Shown: in pieces, positions 1 through 10,750 of the stretch
How the letters are laid out: each line of letters starts with the position of its first letter
How positions within the stretch are numbered: the stretch's first letter is position 1
Assembly: GCF_001194135.2 (NCBI RefSeq)
Contig: NC_069001.1
Coordinates: forward strand, 14,415,830-14,451,208
From: Octopus bimaculoides
Lineage: Eukaryota
Direction: 5' to 3'
DNA length: 35,379 bases
Position numbers and translations under genes: made by a program
The notes under the pieces: model-generated
What the model saw: the letters and a program-made list of their open reading frames with translations, nothing else
Database searches by the model: none
What the model was told of the DNA's origin: nothing

Positions 1-27
1 TATATATATATATATATATATATTTTA

Positions 28-115
28 CATACGACGGACTTCTTTCAGTTTCCGTCTATCAAATCAACTGAGAAAGCTTTGATCGGCCCGTGGCTATAGT
101 AGAAGACACGTGCCC
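28..115 (-). mobile_element. SINE family A fragment lacking its tRNA head
   Basis: Reverse complement (gggcacgtgtcttctactatagcc...gacggaaactgaaagaagtccgtcgta) aligns by eye with the copies at 1937-2075 and 24386-24523. Confidence 0.8.
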
Positions 116-120
116 ATTCA

Positions 121-303
121 GGCGTGGCTACGAGGCACAAGCATGACTATGTCGTTAATAAGCTTCATTTGGGACCACACGGTTTTAAGTCTCGTTCCAC
201 TGCGAGGCACCTTGGGCAAGTGTCTCTTACTATAAGCCTCGCGCATAACAATGCTTTCTGAGTGAATTAGGTTAACGGAAACTGCATGAAGTCCGTCATG
301 TAT
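121..303 (+). mobile_element. SINE family A, degenerate copy
   Basis: ccactgcgaggcaccttgggcaagtgtct...acggaaactgcatgaagtccgtc matches the 1937-2075 copy; the head is degenerate. Confidence 0.75.
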
Positions 304-432
304 AACATCTTTGATGATTCTTTAGTATTGTCAAGTACAAAAGCAGACGCGAAACTAATGCTAACTCTGACCAGTTGTATGCCATAACCAAAAATATAAT
401 ACTACTTGACAGTAGAGATATATAAAATGTGC

Positions 433-433
<1 letters not shown>

Positions 434-495
<62 letters not shown>
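434..495. repeat. (ATCT)n microsatellite
   Basis: Directly visible tetranucleotide run. Confidence 0.98.
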
Positions 496-577
496 GTTTT
501 GCTCGACTAAAGGCGGTGCTCCAGCATGGCCGCAGTCAAATGACTGAAACAAGCAAAAGAGTAAATGAGTAAAAGAG
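496..577 (+). mobile_element. 3' tail of SINE family A
   Basis: gcggtgctccagcatggccgcagtcaaatgactgaaacaagcaaaagag matches the reverse complement of 24124-24165 and ends in gagtaaa repeats. Confidence 0.7.
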
Positions 578-979
578 TATATATATATATATGTATACAT
601 ACATAAATACCTGAATGTGTGTGTGTGTGTGTGTGTGTCTATGCGCGTGTACGTGTACATGTATGCAAAACAGGATGTCAGTTACGGAAGCTGTTTGTTC
701 CTGTACCGCTAAATACCCCAGTGTATTCAACACTGTTCTTCTATCCACTCAAAACGCACACACATGCTGTCGGTTTGTCACGATATGACAATAAAAATAT
801 ATCGTGTACACGAATATATTTCAGGGGTAGATACCCTAACAATAGACAGCCCATTCTCTGGGGACAGAACTGGCTACCTACTCAGGGCCTGACCTCTTAA
901 CTGGAACAATAGTGAATGATCGGTTTGGGGGTTTATGGGAGAGGGGGAAGGTGTTGTTGGTGATAGTAGTGGTAGTGAT

Positions 980-1703
980 TCTTCTTCTTCTTCTTCTTCT
1001 TCTTCTTCTTCTTCTTCTTCTTCTTCTTCTTCTTCTTCTTCTTCTTCTTCTTCTTCTTCTTCTTCTTCTTNNNNNNNNNNNNNNNNNNNNNNNNNNNNNN
1101 NNNNNNNNNNNNNNNNNNNNNNNNNNNNNNNNNNNNNNNNNNNNNNNNNNNNNNNNNNNNNNNNNNNNNNNNNNNNNNNNNNNNNNNNNNNNNNNNNNNN
1201 NNNNNNNNNNNNNNNNNNNNNNNNNNNNNNNNNNNNNNNNNNNNNNNNNNNNNNNNNNNNNNNNNNNNNNNNNNNNNNNNNNNNNNNNNNNNNNNNNNNN
1301 NNNNNNNNNNNNNNNNNNNNNNNNNNNNNNNNNNNNNNNNNNNNNNNNNNNNNNNNNNNNNNNNNNNNNNNNNNNNNNNNNNNNNNNNNNNNNNNNNNNN
1401 NNNNNNNNNNNNNNNNNNNNNNNNNNNNNNNNNNNNNNNNNNNNNNNNNNNNNNNNNNNNNNNNNNNNNNNNNNNNNNNNNNNNNNNNNNNNNNNNNNNN
1501 NNNNNNNNNNNNNNNNNNNNNNNNNNNNNNNNNNNNNNNNNNNNNNNNNNNNNNNNNNNNNNNNNNNNNNNNNNNNNNNNNNNNNNNNNNNNNNNNNNNN
1601 NNNNNNNNNNNNNNNNNNNNNNNNNNNNNNNNNNNNNNNNNNNNNNNNNNNNNNNNNNNNNNNNNNNNNNNNNNNNNNNNNNNNNNNNNNNNNNNNNNNN
1701 NNN

Positions 1704-1777
<74 letters not shown>

Positions 1778-1795
1778 TTAGATAGATAGATAGAT
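980..1795. repeat. (TCT)n | assembly gap 1071-1703 | (GA)n/(GATA)n
   Basis: Simple repeats on both sides of an N-run. Confidence 0.95.
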
Positions 1796-1936
1796 GCTCA
1801 TCATATGAAGATAGGCAATCTGTCAAAAAGATGATGAAAGATAGTGAGGCGGAGAATAGATTCGCAGGCAGAAGGAATGAAAAACACATCCACACACATA
1901 TTGTCATGGGGGCAGGCAAATATACACGCATACATA

Positions 1937-2075
1937 AGTGGCTGTGTGGTAAGATGCTTGCTTCCCAACCACATAGTTCCGGCTTCAGTCCCACTGCAGA
2001 CACCTTGGGCTGGTGTCTTGTACTATAGCCTTGGACCAACCAAAGCCTTGTGAGTGGATTTGGTAGACGGGAAAC
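1937..2075 (+). mobile_element. SINE family A, 5' part with tRNA-like head
   Basis: A-box-like tggctgtgtgg and B-box-like ggcttcagtccc, followed by caccttgggc..gtgtctt core; homologous to other copies in the window. Confidence 0.85.
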
Positions 2076-2221
2076 TTTTGTTTCTGATTGTAAGCCAGAA
2101 GACACTAATCATTGATGGGTAAGAGCTGTGACAATATCGGCATTATTAGTTGTCTTTGTATCTTCGTTCTTGATTTTATATTGCGTATAACCACCATCGT
2201 TATTTTATGTATGTGCGTGTT

Positions 2222-2318
2222 GGTAGGTAGGTAGGTAGGTAGGTAGGTAGGTAGGTAGGGAAATATAATGGGCATAAATAATGGGCCTTATACGTTATTA
2301 CTATTATTATTGTTGTTG

Positions 2319-2377
<59 letters not shown>
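2222..2377. repeat. (GGTA)n and (ATT)n microsatellites
   Basis: Directly visible. Confidence 0.95.
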
Positions 2378-2964
2378 GAGTGAGAGAGCAGTGCATGCCA
2401 TCAAAGTGACACTGGGGTAAAATATACGAAGCCCATTATACCCATCATGACTACCCGTCTGATAAGGGTACACCAGGCACATGCATCACAACCATATGTG
2501 CGCGACATGGTGATCTCATATAAAGATAAACAGCGCATAACCTCGTAGNNNNNNNNNNNNNNNNNNNNNNNNNNNNNNNNNNNNNNNNNNNNNNNNNNNN
2601 NNNNNNNNNNNNNNNNNNNNNNNNNNNNNNNNNNNNNNNNNNNNNNNNNNNNNNNNNNNNNNNNNNNNNNNNNNNNNNNNNNNNNNNNNNNNNNNNNNNN
2701 NNNNNNNNNNNNNNNNNNNNNNNNNNNNNNNNNNNNNNNNNNNNNNNNNNNNNNNNNNNNNNNNNNNNNNNNNNNNNNNNNNNNNNNNNNNNNNNNNNNN
2801 NNNNNNNNNNNNNNNNNNNNNNNNNNNNNNNNNNNNNNNNNNNNNNNNNNNNNNNNNNNNNNNNNNNNNNNNNNNNNNNNNNNNNNNNNNNNNNNNNNNN
2901 NNNNNNNNNNNGTGATATTGAGCAGAATATTTGCTGTAGCCCATCTTTTATACCAAAACAAAAC
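2378..2964 (-). mobile_element. Non-coding (AAT)n-flanked retroelement, 5'-truncated copy spanning gap 2549-2911
   Basis: Both sides of the gap align to the copy at 22405-22893 (roughly 80% by eye over the 3' 170 bp); (AAT)n tracts on both flanks. Confidence 0.8.
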
Positions 2965-2965
2965 A

Positions 2966-2968
2966 TTA

Positions 2969-3046
<78 letters not shown>

Positions 3047-3183
3047 CATCATCATCATCATCATCATCATCATTATTCTTAAGGCAGTGAGCTGACAGAA
3101 TCGTTACCTCTGCGGAGCAAAATGCTTATCGTTGTTTCGCCAGTTCCGAACTTGCTGGCCTTTTTCCAAATTTTGAAACCACC

Positions 3184-3248
<65 letters not shown>

Positions 3249-3445
3249 ATCGTCATTTCTATTTATCATCAGTAGAAGCAGCAGCAACAGATTAGTAGTA
3301 GTAGTAGTAGTAGTAGTAGTAAGTAGTAGTAGTAGTAGTAGTAGCAGTAGTAGTAGTAGTAGTAGTAGTTGTAGTAGTAGTAGTAGTAGTAGTGTCATCT
3401 TCCTCATCATCATCATCATCATCAACTTCATCATCAGTAGTAGTG
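2966..3445. repeat. Compound trinucleotide tracts (ATT/ATC/ACC/ACT/AGT)
   Basis: Directly visible. Confidence 0.95.
3081..3150 (+). mobile_element. SINE family B head fragment
   Basis: aaggcagtgagctgacagaatcgtta...aaaatgctta matches the head at 13023. Confidence 0.65.
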
Positions 3446-3679
3446 TTTGCAGACGAGGAAATTTCTACGATTCAAGGAATTGTTTCTCCTCATTTTGTCC
3501 ATTCCATTCCGACATCTTCTTGACAGGAACCATTTATATTAATTCCCGTCTAACTTGACGACCCGATTGTTCCCCAAACACAGAAGACGGAGTTCGTCTC
3601 TCAGTCAAATTCCATCATCTTCATTCTTATCCCGGTCTAAACTGCTTCGCACCCCCAGGCCCTTTGCCGGCTTCTCAAC

Positions 3680-3832
3680 CACCACACCCACCACCACCAC
3701 CACCAGCACCACCGCCACCGCTACCACCACAATCCACCAGCACCACTAGCAGCACCAGCACCATCACCAGCACCACGATCACCAGCACCACCAGCACCAG
3801 CACCAGCACCAGCACCACCACCACCACCACCA
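3680..3832. repeat. (CAC/CAG)n low-complexity tract
   Basis: Directly visible. Confidence 0.9.
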
Positions 3833-4108
3833 TCTCGTTATTACAGTAGCTTTTGGTTGACTTTTTATGCTTTTTTAGTGCTTTGTTGGAATCTGTTTTG
3901 GTTTGCTTTGATTGGTTTTCTTGGGGTCTTTTTTGTTCAAAACAGAACTGCAACATATATCTTTATACGCACTCACTCTCTCTCTCACACACACACACAC
4001 CTACTCACATATGCATGGACTTACATACGTACGACACTGCTCACTGGCAATCATATATATCAAATAGCAAATGCCTGCTATCTCACGCTCTCCCAGTAGG
4101 ATCAATTC

Positions 4109-4110
<2 letters not shown>

Positions 4111-4176
<66 letters not shown>

Positions 4177-5120
4177 NNNNNNNNNNNNNNNNNNNNNNNN
4201 NNNNNNNNNNNNNNNNNNNNNNNNNNNNNNNNNNNNNNNNNNNNNNNNNNNNNNNNNNNNNNNNNNNNNNNNNNNNNNNNNNNNNNNNNNNNNNNNNNNN
4301 NNNNNNNNNNNNNNNNNNNNNNNNNNNNNNNNNNNNNNNNNNNNNNNNNNNNNNNNNNNNNNNNNNNNNNNNNNNNNNNNNNNNNNNNNNNNNNNNNNNN
4401 NNNNNNNNNNNNNNNNNNNNNNNNNNNNNNNNNNNNNNNNNNNNNNNNNNNNNNNNNNNNNNNNNNNNNNNNNNNNNNNNNNNNNNNNNNNNNNNNNNNN
4501 NNNNNNNNNNNNNNNNNNNNNNNNNNNNNNNNNNNNNNNNNNNNNNNNNNNNNNNNNNNNNNNNNNNNNNNNNNNNNNNNNNNNNNNNNNNNNNNNNNNN
4601 NNNNNNNNNNNNNNNNNNNNNNNNNNNNNNNNNNNNNNNNNNNNNNNNNNNNNNNNNNNNNNNNNNNNNNNNNNNNNNNNNNNNNNNNNNNNNNNNNNNN
4701 NNNNNNNNNNNNNNNNNNNNNNNNNNNNNNNNNNNNNNNNNNNNNNNNNNNNNNNNNNNNNNNNNNNNNNNNNNNNNNNNNNNNNNNNNNNNNNNNNNNN
4801 NNNNNNNNNNNNNNNNNNNNNNNNNNNNNNNNNNNNNNNNNNNNNNNNNNNNNNNNNNNNNNNNNNNNNNNNNNNNNNNNNNNNNNNNNNNNNNNNNNNN
4901 NNNNNNNNNNNNNNNNNNNNNNNNNNNNNNNNNNNNNNNNNNNNNNNNNNNNNNNNNNNNNNNNNNNNNNNNNNNNNNNNNNNNNNNNNNNNNNNNNNNN
5001 NNNNNNNNNNNNNNNNNNNNNNNNNNNNNNNNNNNNNNNNNNNNNNNNNNNNNNNNNNNNNNNNNNNNNNNNNNNNNNNNNNNNNNNNNNNNNNNNNNNN
5101 NNNNNNNNNNNNNNNNNNNN

Positions 5121-5151
<31 letters not shown>

Positions 5152-5250
5152 CATACATACATACACACACACATACATATATACATAAATGCATAGATAA
5201 ATACATACAAATATATATACATACATACACACACATACATATATATATAG
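4111..5250. repeat. (CA)n | gap 4177-5120 | (TA)/(TACA)n
   Basis: Directly visible. Confidence 0.95.
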
Positions 5251-5621
5251 AGAGACAGTTACTTATATCCAACTGACTGCTCCTAATGACTTATTTCCTC
5301 CCTGGAGAAAAGGAATACATATGATAATATTTATGACCATCCCTAGTCATGAGCTGTCAACTCACTCTTGTCATTTATTCAAAATAGACAGTCTTCTAGT
5401 CTTAGATTTAGTAGTTGGTAAAGAGATAAAAGAATTAGAAATCAATTACAATCACTTACAAGCCTATGACCTCACTATGCTTCACGCGACAATTAGAACA
5501 GTAGTTTATTCTTAGCTACAATAGAGACAACATGAATTTCTTCCATCTTCATGCTATATTAGAATATTTGAAAAAAATTATATTAATGTGTCCTACTTGT
5601 TAAAATTCCATTTATTTATTT

Positions 5622-5709
5622 GTGCAGCTGAAGATGGCACTACATTTAAATTGATGTAATGATTGTATTGTTGAATTAAATGGAGTCGCTTGAAACGGTC
5701 GTACTGCAT
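5622..5709 (+). ncRNA. Type I hammerhead ribozyme motif, probably a Penelope-like element remnant
   Basis: Stem I 5' gtgcag, core CTGAAGA (5628-5634), long stem II, GAAA (5692-5695), stem III ACG-gt-CGT, cleavage triplet GTA (5701-5703), stem I 3' ctgcat. Confidence 0.65.
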
Positions 5710-5834
5710 CACTTCTTGATATCCTGTTGTTTATTTTGATTTTATTCACCTTACATCGTGGTGTGCGGATAATACCGGACTGACTGTGTACTTCAACTTA
5801 AGTACCTAAATTCAACTGAATCTCAATTATTTCT

Positions 5835-5866
5835 TATATATATATATATATATATGGAGAGAAAGA

Positions 5867-5936
<70 letters not shown>

Positions 5937-5958
5937 GATAGAGAGAGAGAGAGAGACA
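5835..5958. repeat. (TA)n/(GA)n microsatellite
   Basis: Directly visible. Confidence 0.95.
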
Positions 5959-6974
5959 ACATATCCCAAACACCTTCCTTGACATAATCTCCAAAATCGT
6001 CAAAAGTCGACCACTGACCCTAATAACGTTGTTTGATATCAAATTTCTACACTCCATGTTAATACTATTCAACCATGGTAAGAGAGAACCACAGCTTAAA
6101 GCTGATGGCTAGAAACAGGTGACCTAATTCCGTACAAAGCCACACTGACCAAATTCCTTCCTCTTTCCTTTCTTTCTTTCCTTCTCGTTCTTTTTCTTCT
6201 CTTCCTTTCATTTGGCAGTTGATTTGTCGGACTGTACCGTACTTGCATCAGTCGTTCACTATATTTTCAGTCGATCAATCGATCGATTGATTAAATTAAC
6301 CATGAACGCATCCAAAATAAATATCTCAAACTACTGTAAGTCAATTATGCACAACGAAATGTATAAGGCCCATTATTTATGCCTATTATATTTACCTACC
6401 TACCTACCTACCTACCTACCTACCTACCTCTTACCTACCAACACGCACGCACATAAAATAACGAAGGTGGCTATACGCAATATAAAATCAAAAAGGAAAA
6501 TTCAGTTGTCACTAATAGTGACTGACGATGCACGGTAGCACCTATATTTCTAGAAACAAGAGTTAAAGACCCTTATGGACGCAAAGAGCACATTGTCTAT
6601 GTGCTGAGAGAGGAGATAACCACCCCGCAAGGACCGAGGTCATTTAAGTAGCAAACTAGTTTCGTTTGGAATTAAAGCACATCTGTAGTAATTACTCCAT
6701 CGCTTATGGTTATGCGCACGTATAGTAGAGAGGTGCGCATAAACAGATAACTCTTCCTTCATATAAGCGAAATATGTATTCTTGCCGAGTGCACAAAGAC
6801 TGAACAAGTACTAGGTGCTACGACTTTATATGCCTTAAATAAGCAGTAATGTTAATAAACCACAAAGGACACATGAGTTGTTTATTGCAAAATCAAATGT
6901 TAAACATTATTTCCTTCTATAGAAATATTAATATTTCTAAGTCTCTCTAAAGGAGACTACGGCAGCGGTACTGG

Positions 6975-7192
6975 ATATTAATAGTTATCGCCGGGGCAAA
7001 CACCCTGAAACTAGTCTGTAGATGCCAGACCAGCAAGGGGAAGCGGCTGACTTCCCCTGTTCGAAGGTTATAATGGACACAGGTTCGTGTATCACATAGC
7101 TAGCTAGAGGTGATGGCTTCTTGGAGCTAATCAACGGCAGCATTCGTCCTATCTTTGGACTACCATGTTGGCTTGGCGATAACTATTAATAT
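6975..7192. mobile_element. MITE-like element with 18-bp perfect terminal inverted repeats
   Basis: atattaatagttatcgcc (6975-6992) is the exact reverse complement of ggcgataactattaatat (7175-7192); no ORF inside. Confidence 0.5.
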
Positions 7193-8255
7193 TGTATCTT
7201 TCACCTCCTCGGAAAATGAAAGTCAAAGTTGATCCTCACGTGATTTGAACTCACAGTGTAAATTCACGAAAAAAGAAACATAGTAAAATATATTTCTCNN
7301 NNNNNNNNNNNNNNNNNNNNNNNNNNNNNNNNNNNNNNNNNNNNNNNNNNNNNNNNNNNNNNNNNNNNNNNNNNNNNNNNNNNNNNNNNNNNNNNNNNNN
7401 NNNNNNNNNNNNNNNNNNNNNNNNNNNNNNNNNNNNNNNNNNNNNNNNNNNNNNNNNNNNNNNNNNNNNNNNNNNNNNNNNNNNNNNNNNNNNNNNNNNN
7501 NNNNNNNNNNNNNNNNNNNNNNNNNNNNNNNNNNNNNNNNNNNNNNNNNNNNNNNNNNNNNNNNNNNNNNNNNNNNNNNNNNNNNNNNNNNNNNNNNNNN
7601 NNNNNNNNNNNNNNNNNNNNNNNNNNNNNNNNNNNNNNNNNNNNNNNNNNNNNNNNNNNNNNNNNNNNNNNNNNNNNNNNNNNNNNNNNNNNNNNNNNNN
7701 NNNNNNNNNNNNNNNNNNNNNNNNNNNNNNNNNNNNNNNNNNNNNNNNNNNNNNNNNNNNNNNNNNNNNNNNNNNNNNNNNNNNNNNNNNNNNNNNNNNN
7801 NNNNNNNNNNNNNNNNNNNNNNNNNNNNNNNNNNNNNNNNNNNNNNNNNNNNNNNNNNNNNNNNNNNNNNNNNNNNNNNNNNNNNNNNNNNNNNNNNNNN
7901 NNNNNNNNNNNNNNNNNNNNNNNNNNNNNNNNNNNNNNNNNNNNNNNNNNNNNNNNNNNNNNNNNNNNNNNNNNNNNNNNNNNNNNNNNNNNNNNNNNNN
8001 NNNNNNNNNNNNNNNNNNNNNNNNNNNNNNNNNNNNNNATATATATATATTTACACATACATACATTACGTACATATATCTATATATTCATACACACACA
8101 TACAGAGACTAATATAGGCATATCAAGTACCATACAATATAAACAATTGCGTGAAAACTGATATGCCATTAAGGAAAAGCACAAAGTACAGGCGTATTGT
8201 CTATAGATAAATGGACAGTTGTAGATATGCATTTCTGCTTCAATAAGCGTCGTCA

Positions 8256-8445
8256 GCATAGGTGTTCTCTTTTCACTGATCTTTAGCCTTATGTTAACAT
8301 CCGCTGGGCAGCTGACTTCCACAACTGTGCACAGTTTCTCTTCTCTATCCCAAATCATTATATCAGGTCTGTTGTGCTTGCATTTTATTGAGGTCTTCAC
8401 TGGGACATTCCACCAGTATTCTTCTTTATTATGAGTGCCTAAGGC
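8256..8445 (-). mobile_element. Internal fragment of an RLE non-LTR retrotransposon (endonuclease domain)
   Basis: Translates as HNKEEYWWNVPVKTSIKCKHNRPDIMIWDREEKLCTVVEVSCPADVNIRLKISEK, the RPD...(D/E)..P.D.N....EK signature of PD-(D/E)xK RLE domains. Confidence 0.8.
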
Positions 8446-8699
8446 TTCTACTTCAATAAGCGTCGTCAACGTAACGATTATCTTACCTTATCTCAAATAT
8501 GTATGTATGTATGTATGTATGTATGTCCATGAGTTGCACGCAACGCATCGAAATGATCCTAAATTTCTGAAACCTTTACCAGATACAATAAACTGTGGAA
8601 GTTGTAAAGATAATTTGTGGATAACCCGTATTTTAATATAGCATAAAGTAGTTTACTAAGTTCAACAGTCTGTGGTGTAGTGCACTGTGGTGCAGTGTT

Positions 8700-8843
8700 G
8701 TTTCATGGGAAACCTGCGACCCGCGGGACTTTCTAAGTAGCAAATCTAAACGTAAAATTATTGGACATTTTAGTAGTGCAGTTCGCCGGTTGATGAGCCA
8801 TGTCTCATGTGGCTCGCTTCTCGCAAAAGGTTGTCCATGCCTG
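8700..8843. mobile_element. Possible degraded hAT-type MITE
   Basis: Right end aggttgtccatgcctg resembles hAT-family CAGG-type termini; left end catgggaaacct only partly matches; no clear TSD. Confidence 0.3.
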
Positions 8844-8953
8844 TGTGATCGTGTACTAAAACGACAAGAGTGAAACAGAAAAACTTCACGTATTTTATAA
8901 AGCTGTTGGTGCTAGTGAAGTTAGACGGGTGCTAATAGTGTCTTTATGTAACT

Positions 8954-9600
8954 AATACTGTACCTTCTTGTAAGGGACAAGCTGGCAGGATCGTTAGCGC
9001 GCCGGACAAAATGCTTAAGTTCAAATTCCGTCGAGATCGACTTTGCATTTGATCCTTCTGTGGTGACCGATAAAATAAGTATCAGTTGAACACTGGGGTC
9101 TTAAGCCCTCTCGAAAACATACTAGATCTGTGCCAAAATATGCAAACGACTTATCCGTCCTCTACGAATTTACTGGCTTGGGACCAAAATTTGAAATCAA
9201 TACTGTACCTTCTTATAGACGGCGAGCTGGCCGAATCGTTAGCACGCCGTGCAAAATGATAAGTGGAGTGTCGTCCGGCTTCACGTTTCTGGTTCAAATT
9301 TTGCCGAGATCGACCTTGCTTTCATCCATTCGAGGTCGATAAAATAAGTACCAGCTCAATACTGGAGTTGATGTAACCGACTTACTCCTCCCCTAAAATT
9401 GCTGGTCCTGTGGCAAATATTTGAATCCAATTTTGTAACGTCTTGTAGGGGAAGAGCTGGCAGAATCGTTAGCACGTCATTCAAAATGCTTAGTAGCATT
9501 TCGTCCGTCTTGAAGTTCTGAGTTCAAATTCCGCACAAGTCGACTCTGCGTTTCATCTCTTCAGAGTCAATTGAATAAGTACCAGTTGAATGTTGCGCTT
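8954..9600 (+). mobile_element. Three head-to-tail SINE family B copies
   Basis: Each has a gagctggcagaatcgttagc-like A-box head, a gttcaaat B-box and gataaaataagtaccag-like sequence; heads start near 8974, 9218 and 9447. Confidence 0.85.
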
Positions 9601-9701
9601 CCTGGAACAGCTGTTGAGTCAAGAAATTGCATATTTTCTTCTTAGTATCCTGTATTTCTTATGTTCTATGCAAATACAATTGTGTGTGTATATATATATG
9701 C

Positions 9702-9735
<34 letters not shown>

Positions 9736-10277
9736 TTCTGAATATAAGTAGATGTATGTACTAATGTATATATATNNNNNNNNNNNNNNNNNNNNNNNNN
9801 NNNNNNNNNNNNNNNNNNNNNNNNNNNNNNNNNNNNNNNNNNNNNNNNNNNNNNNNNNNNNNNNNNNNNNNNNNNNNNNNNNNNNNNNNNNNNNNNNNNN
9901 NNNNNNNNNNNNNNNNNNNNNNNNNNNNNNNNNNNNNNNNNNNNNNNNNNNNNNNNNNNNNNNNNNNNNNNNNNNNNNNNNNNNNNNNNNNNNNNNNNNN
10001 NNNNNNNNNNNNNNNNNNNNNNNNNNNNNNNNNNNNNNNNNNNNNNNNNNNNNNNNNNNNNNNNNNNNNNNNNNNNNNNNNNNNNNNNNNNNNNNNNNNN
10101 NNNNNNNNNNNNNNNNNNNNNNNNNNNNNNNNNNNNNNNNNNNNNNNNNNNNNNNNNNNNNNNNNNNNNNNNNNNNNNNNNNNNNNNNNNNNNNNNNNNN
10201 NNNNNNNNNNNNNNNNNNNNNNNNNNNNNNNNNNNNNNNNNNNNNNNNNNNNNNNNNNNNNNNNNNNNNNNNNNNNG

Positions 10278-10291
10278 CACACACACAGACG

Positions 10292-10324
<33 letters not shown>

Positions 10325-10689
10325 TTTCTATCTGTCTATCTATCTTTCTCTCTCATTCTCTCTTACTCAACCAGTCTGCACATATATGTATGCATTTATA
10401 TGTGTGTGTGTGTGAACGTGCGCTCGCGTGTGCGTCTATCTATATATATATCTATGTGTATGTTTGTATCTATGTATCTATATATACATATATAGAAACA
10501 TGCATCCATACACACATACATGCTTACATGCATATTTACAAGCATATGCATACATACATACATACATACATACATACATACACATACATACATGCATATA
10601 TACATAGACATACATACATACATATATATATATATATGCATACATACACAGATACATATATATACATACATATACACAGATACATATAT

Positions 10690-10750
<61 letters not shown>

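Noticed and set aside
3555-3956. Pro/Thr/Val-rich ORFs
   Set aside because: Translations of (CAC/CAG)n, with no splice or homology support.
6522-6570. CTGACGA followed by a small hairpin
   Set aside because: No GAAA directly after the stem and no stems I/III, so not a hammerhead.
8222-8257. Minus-strand CTGACGA-gctt/aagc-GAAA hammerhead-like core within the direct repeat
   Set aside because: Stem I cannot be formed in either the present or the reconstructed pre-insertion allele.
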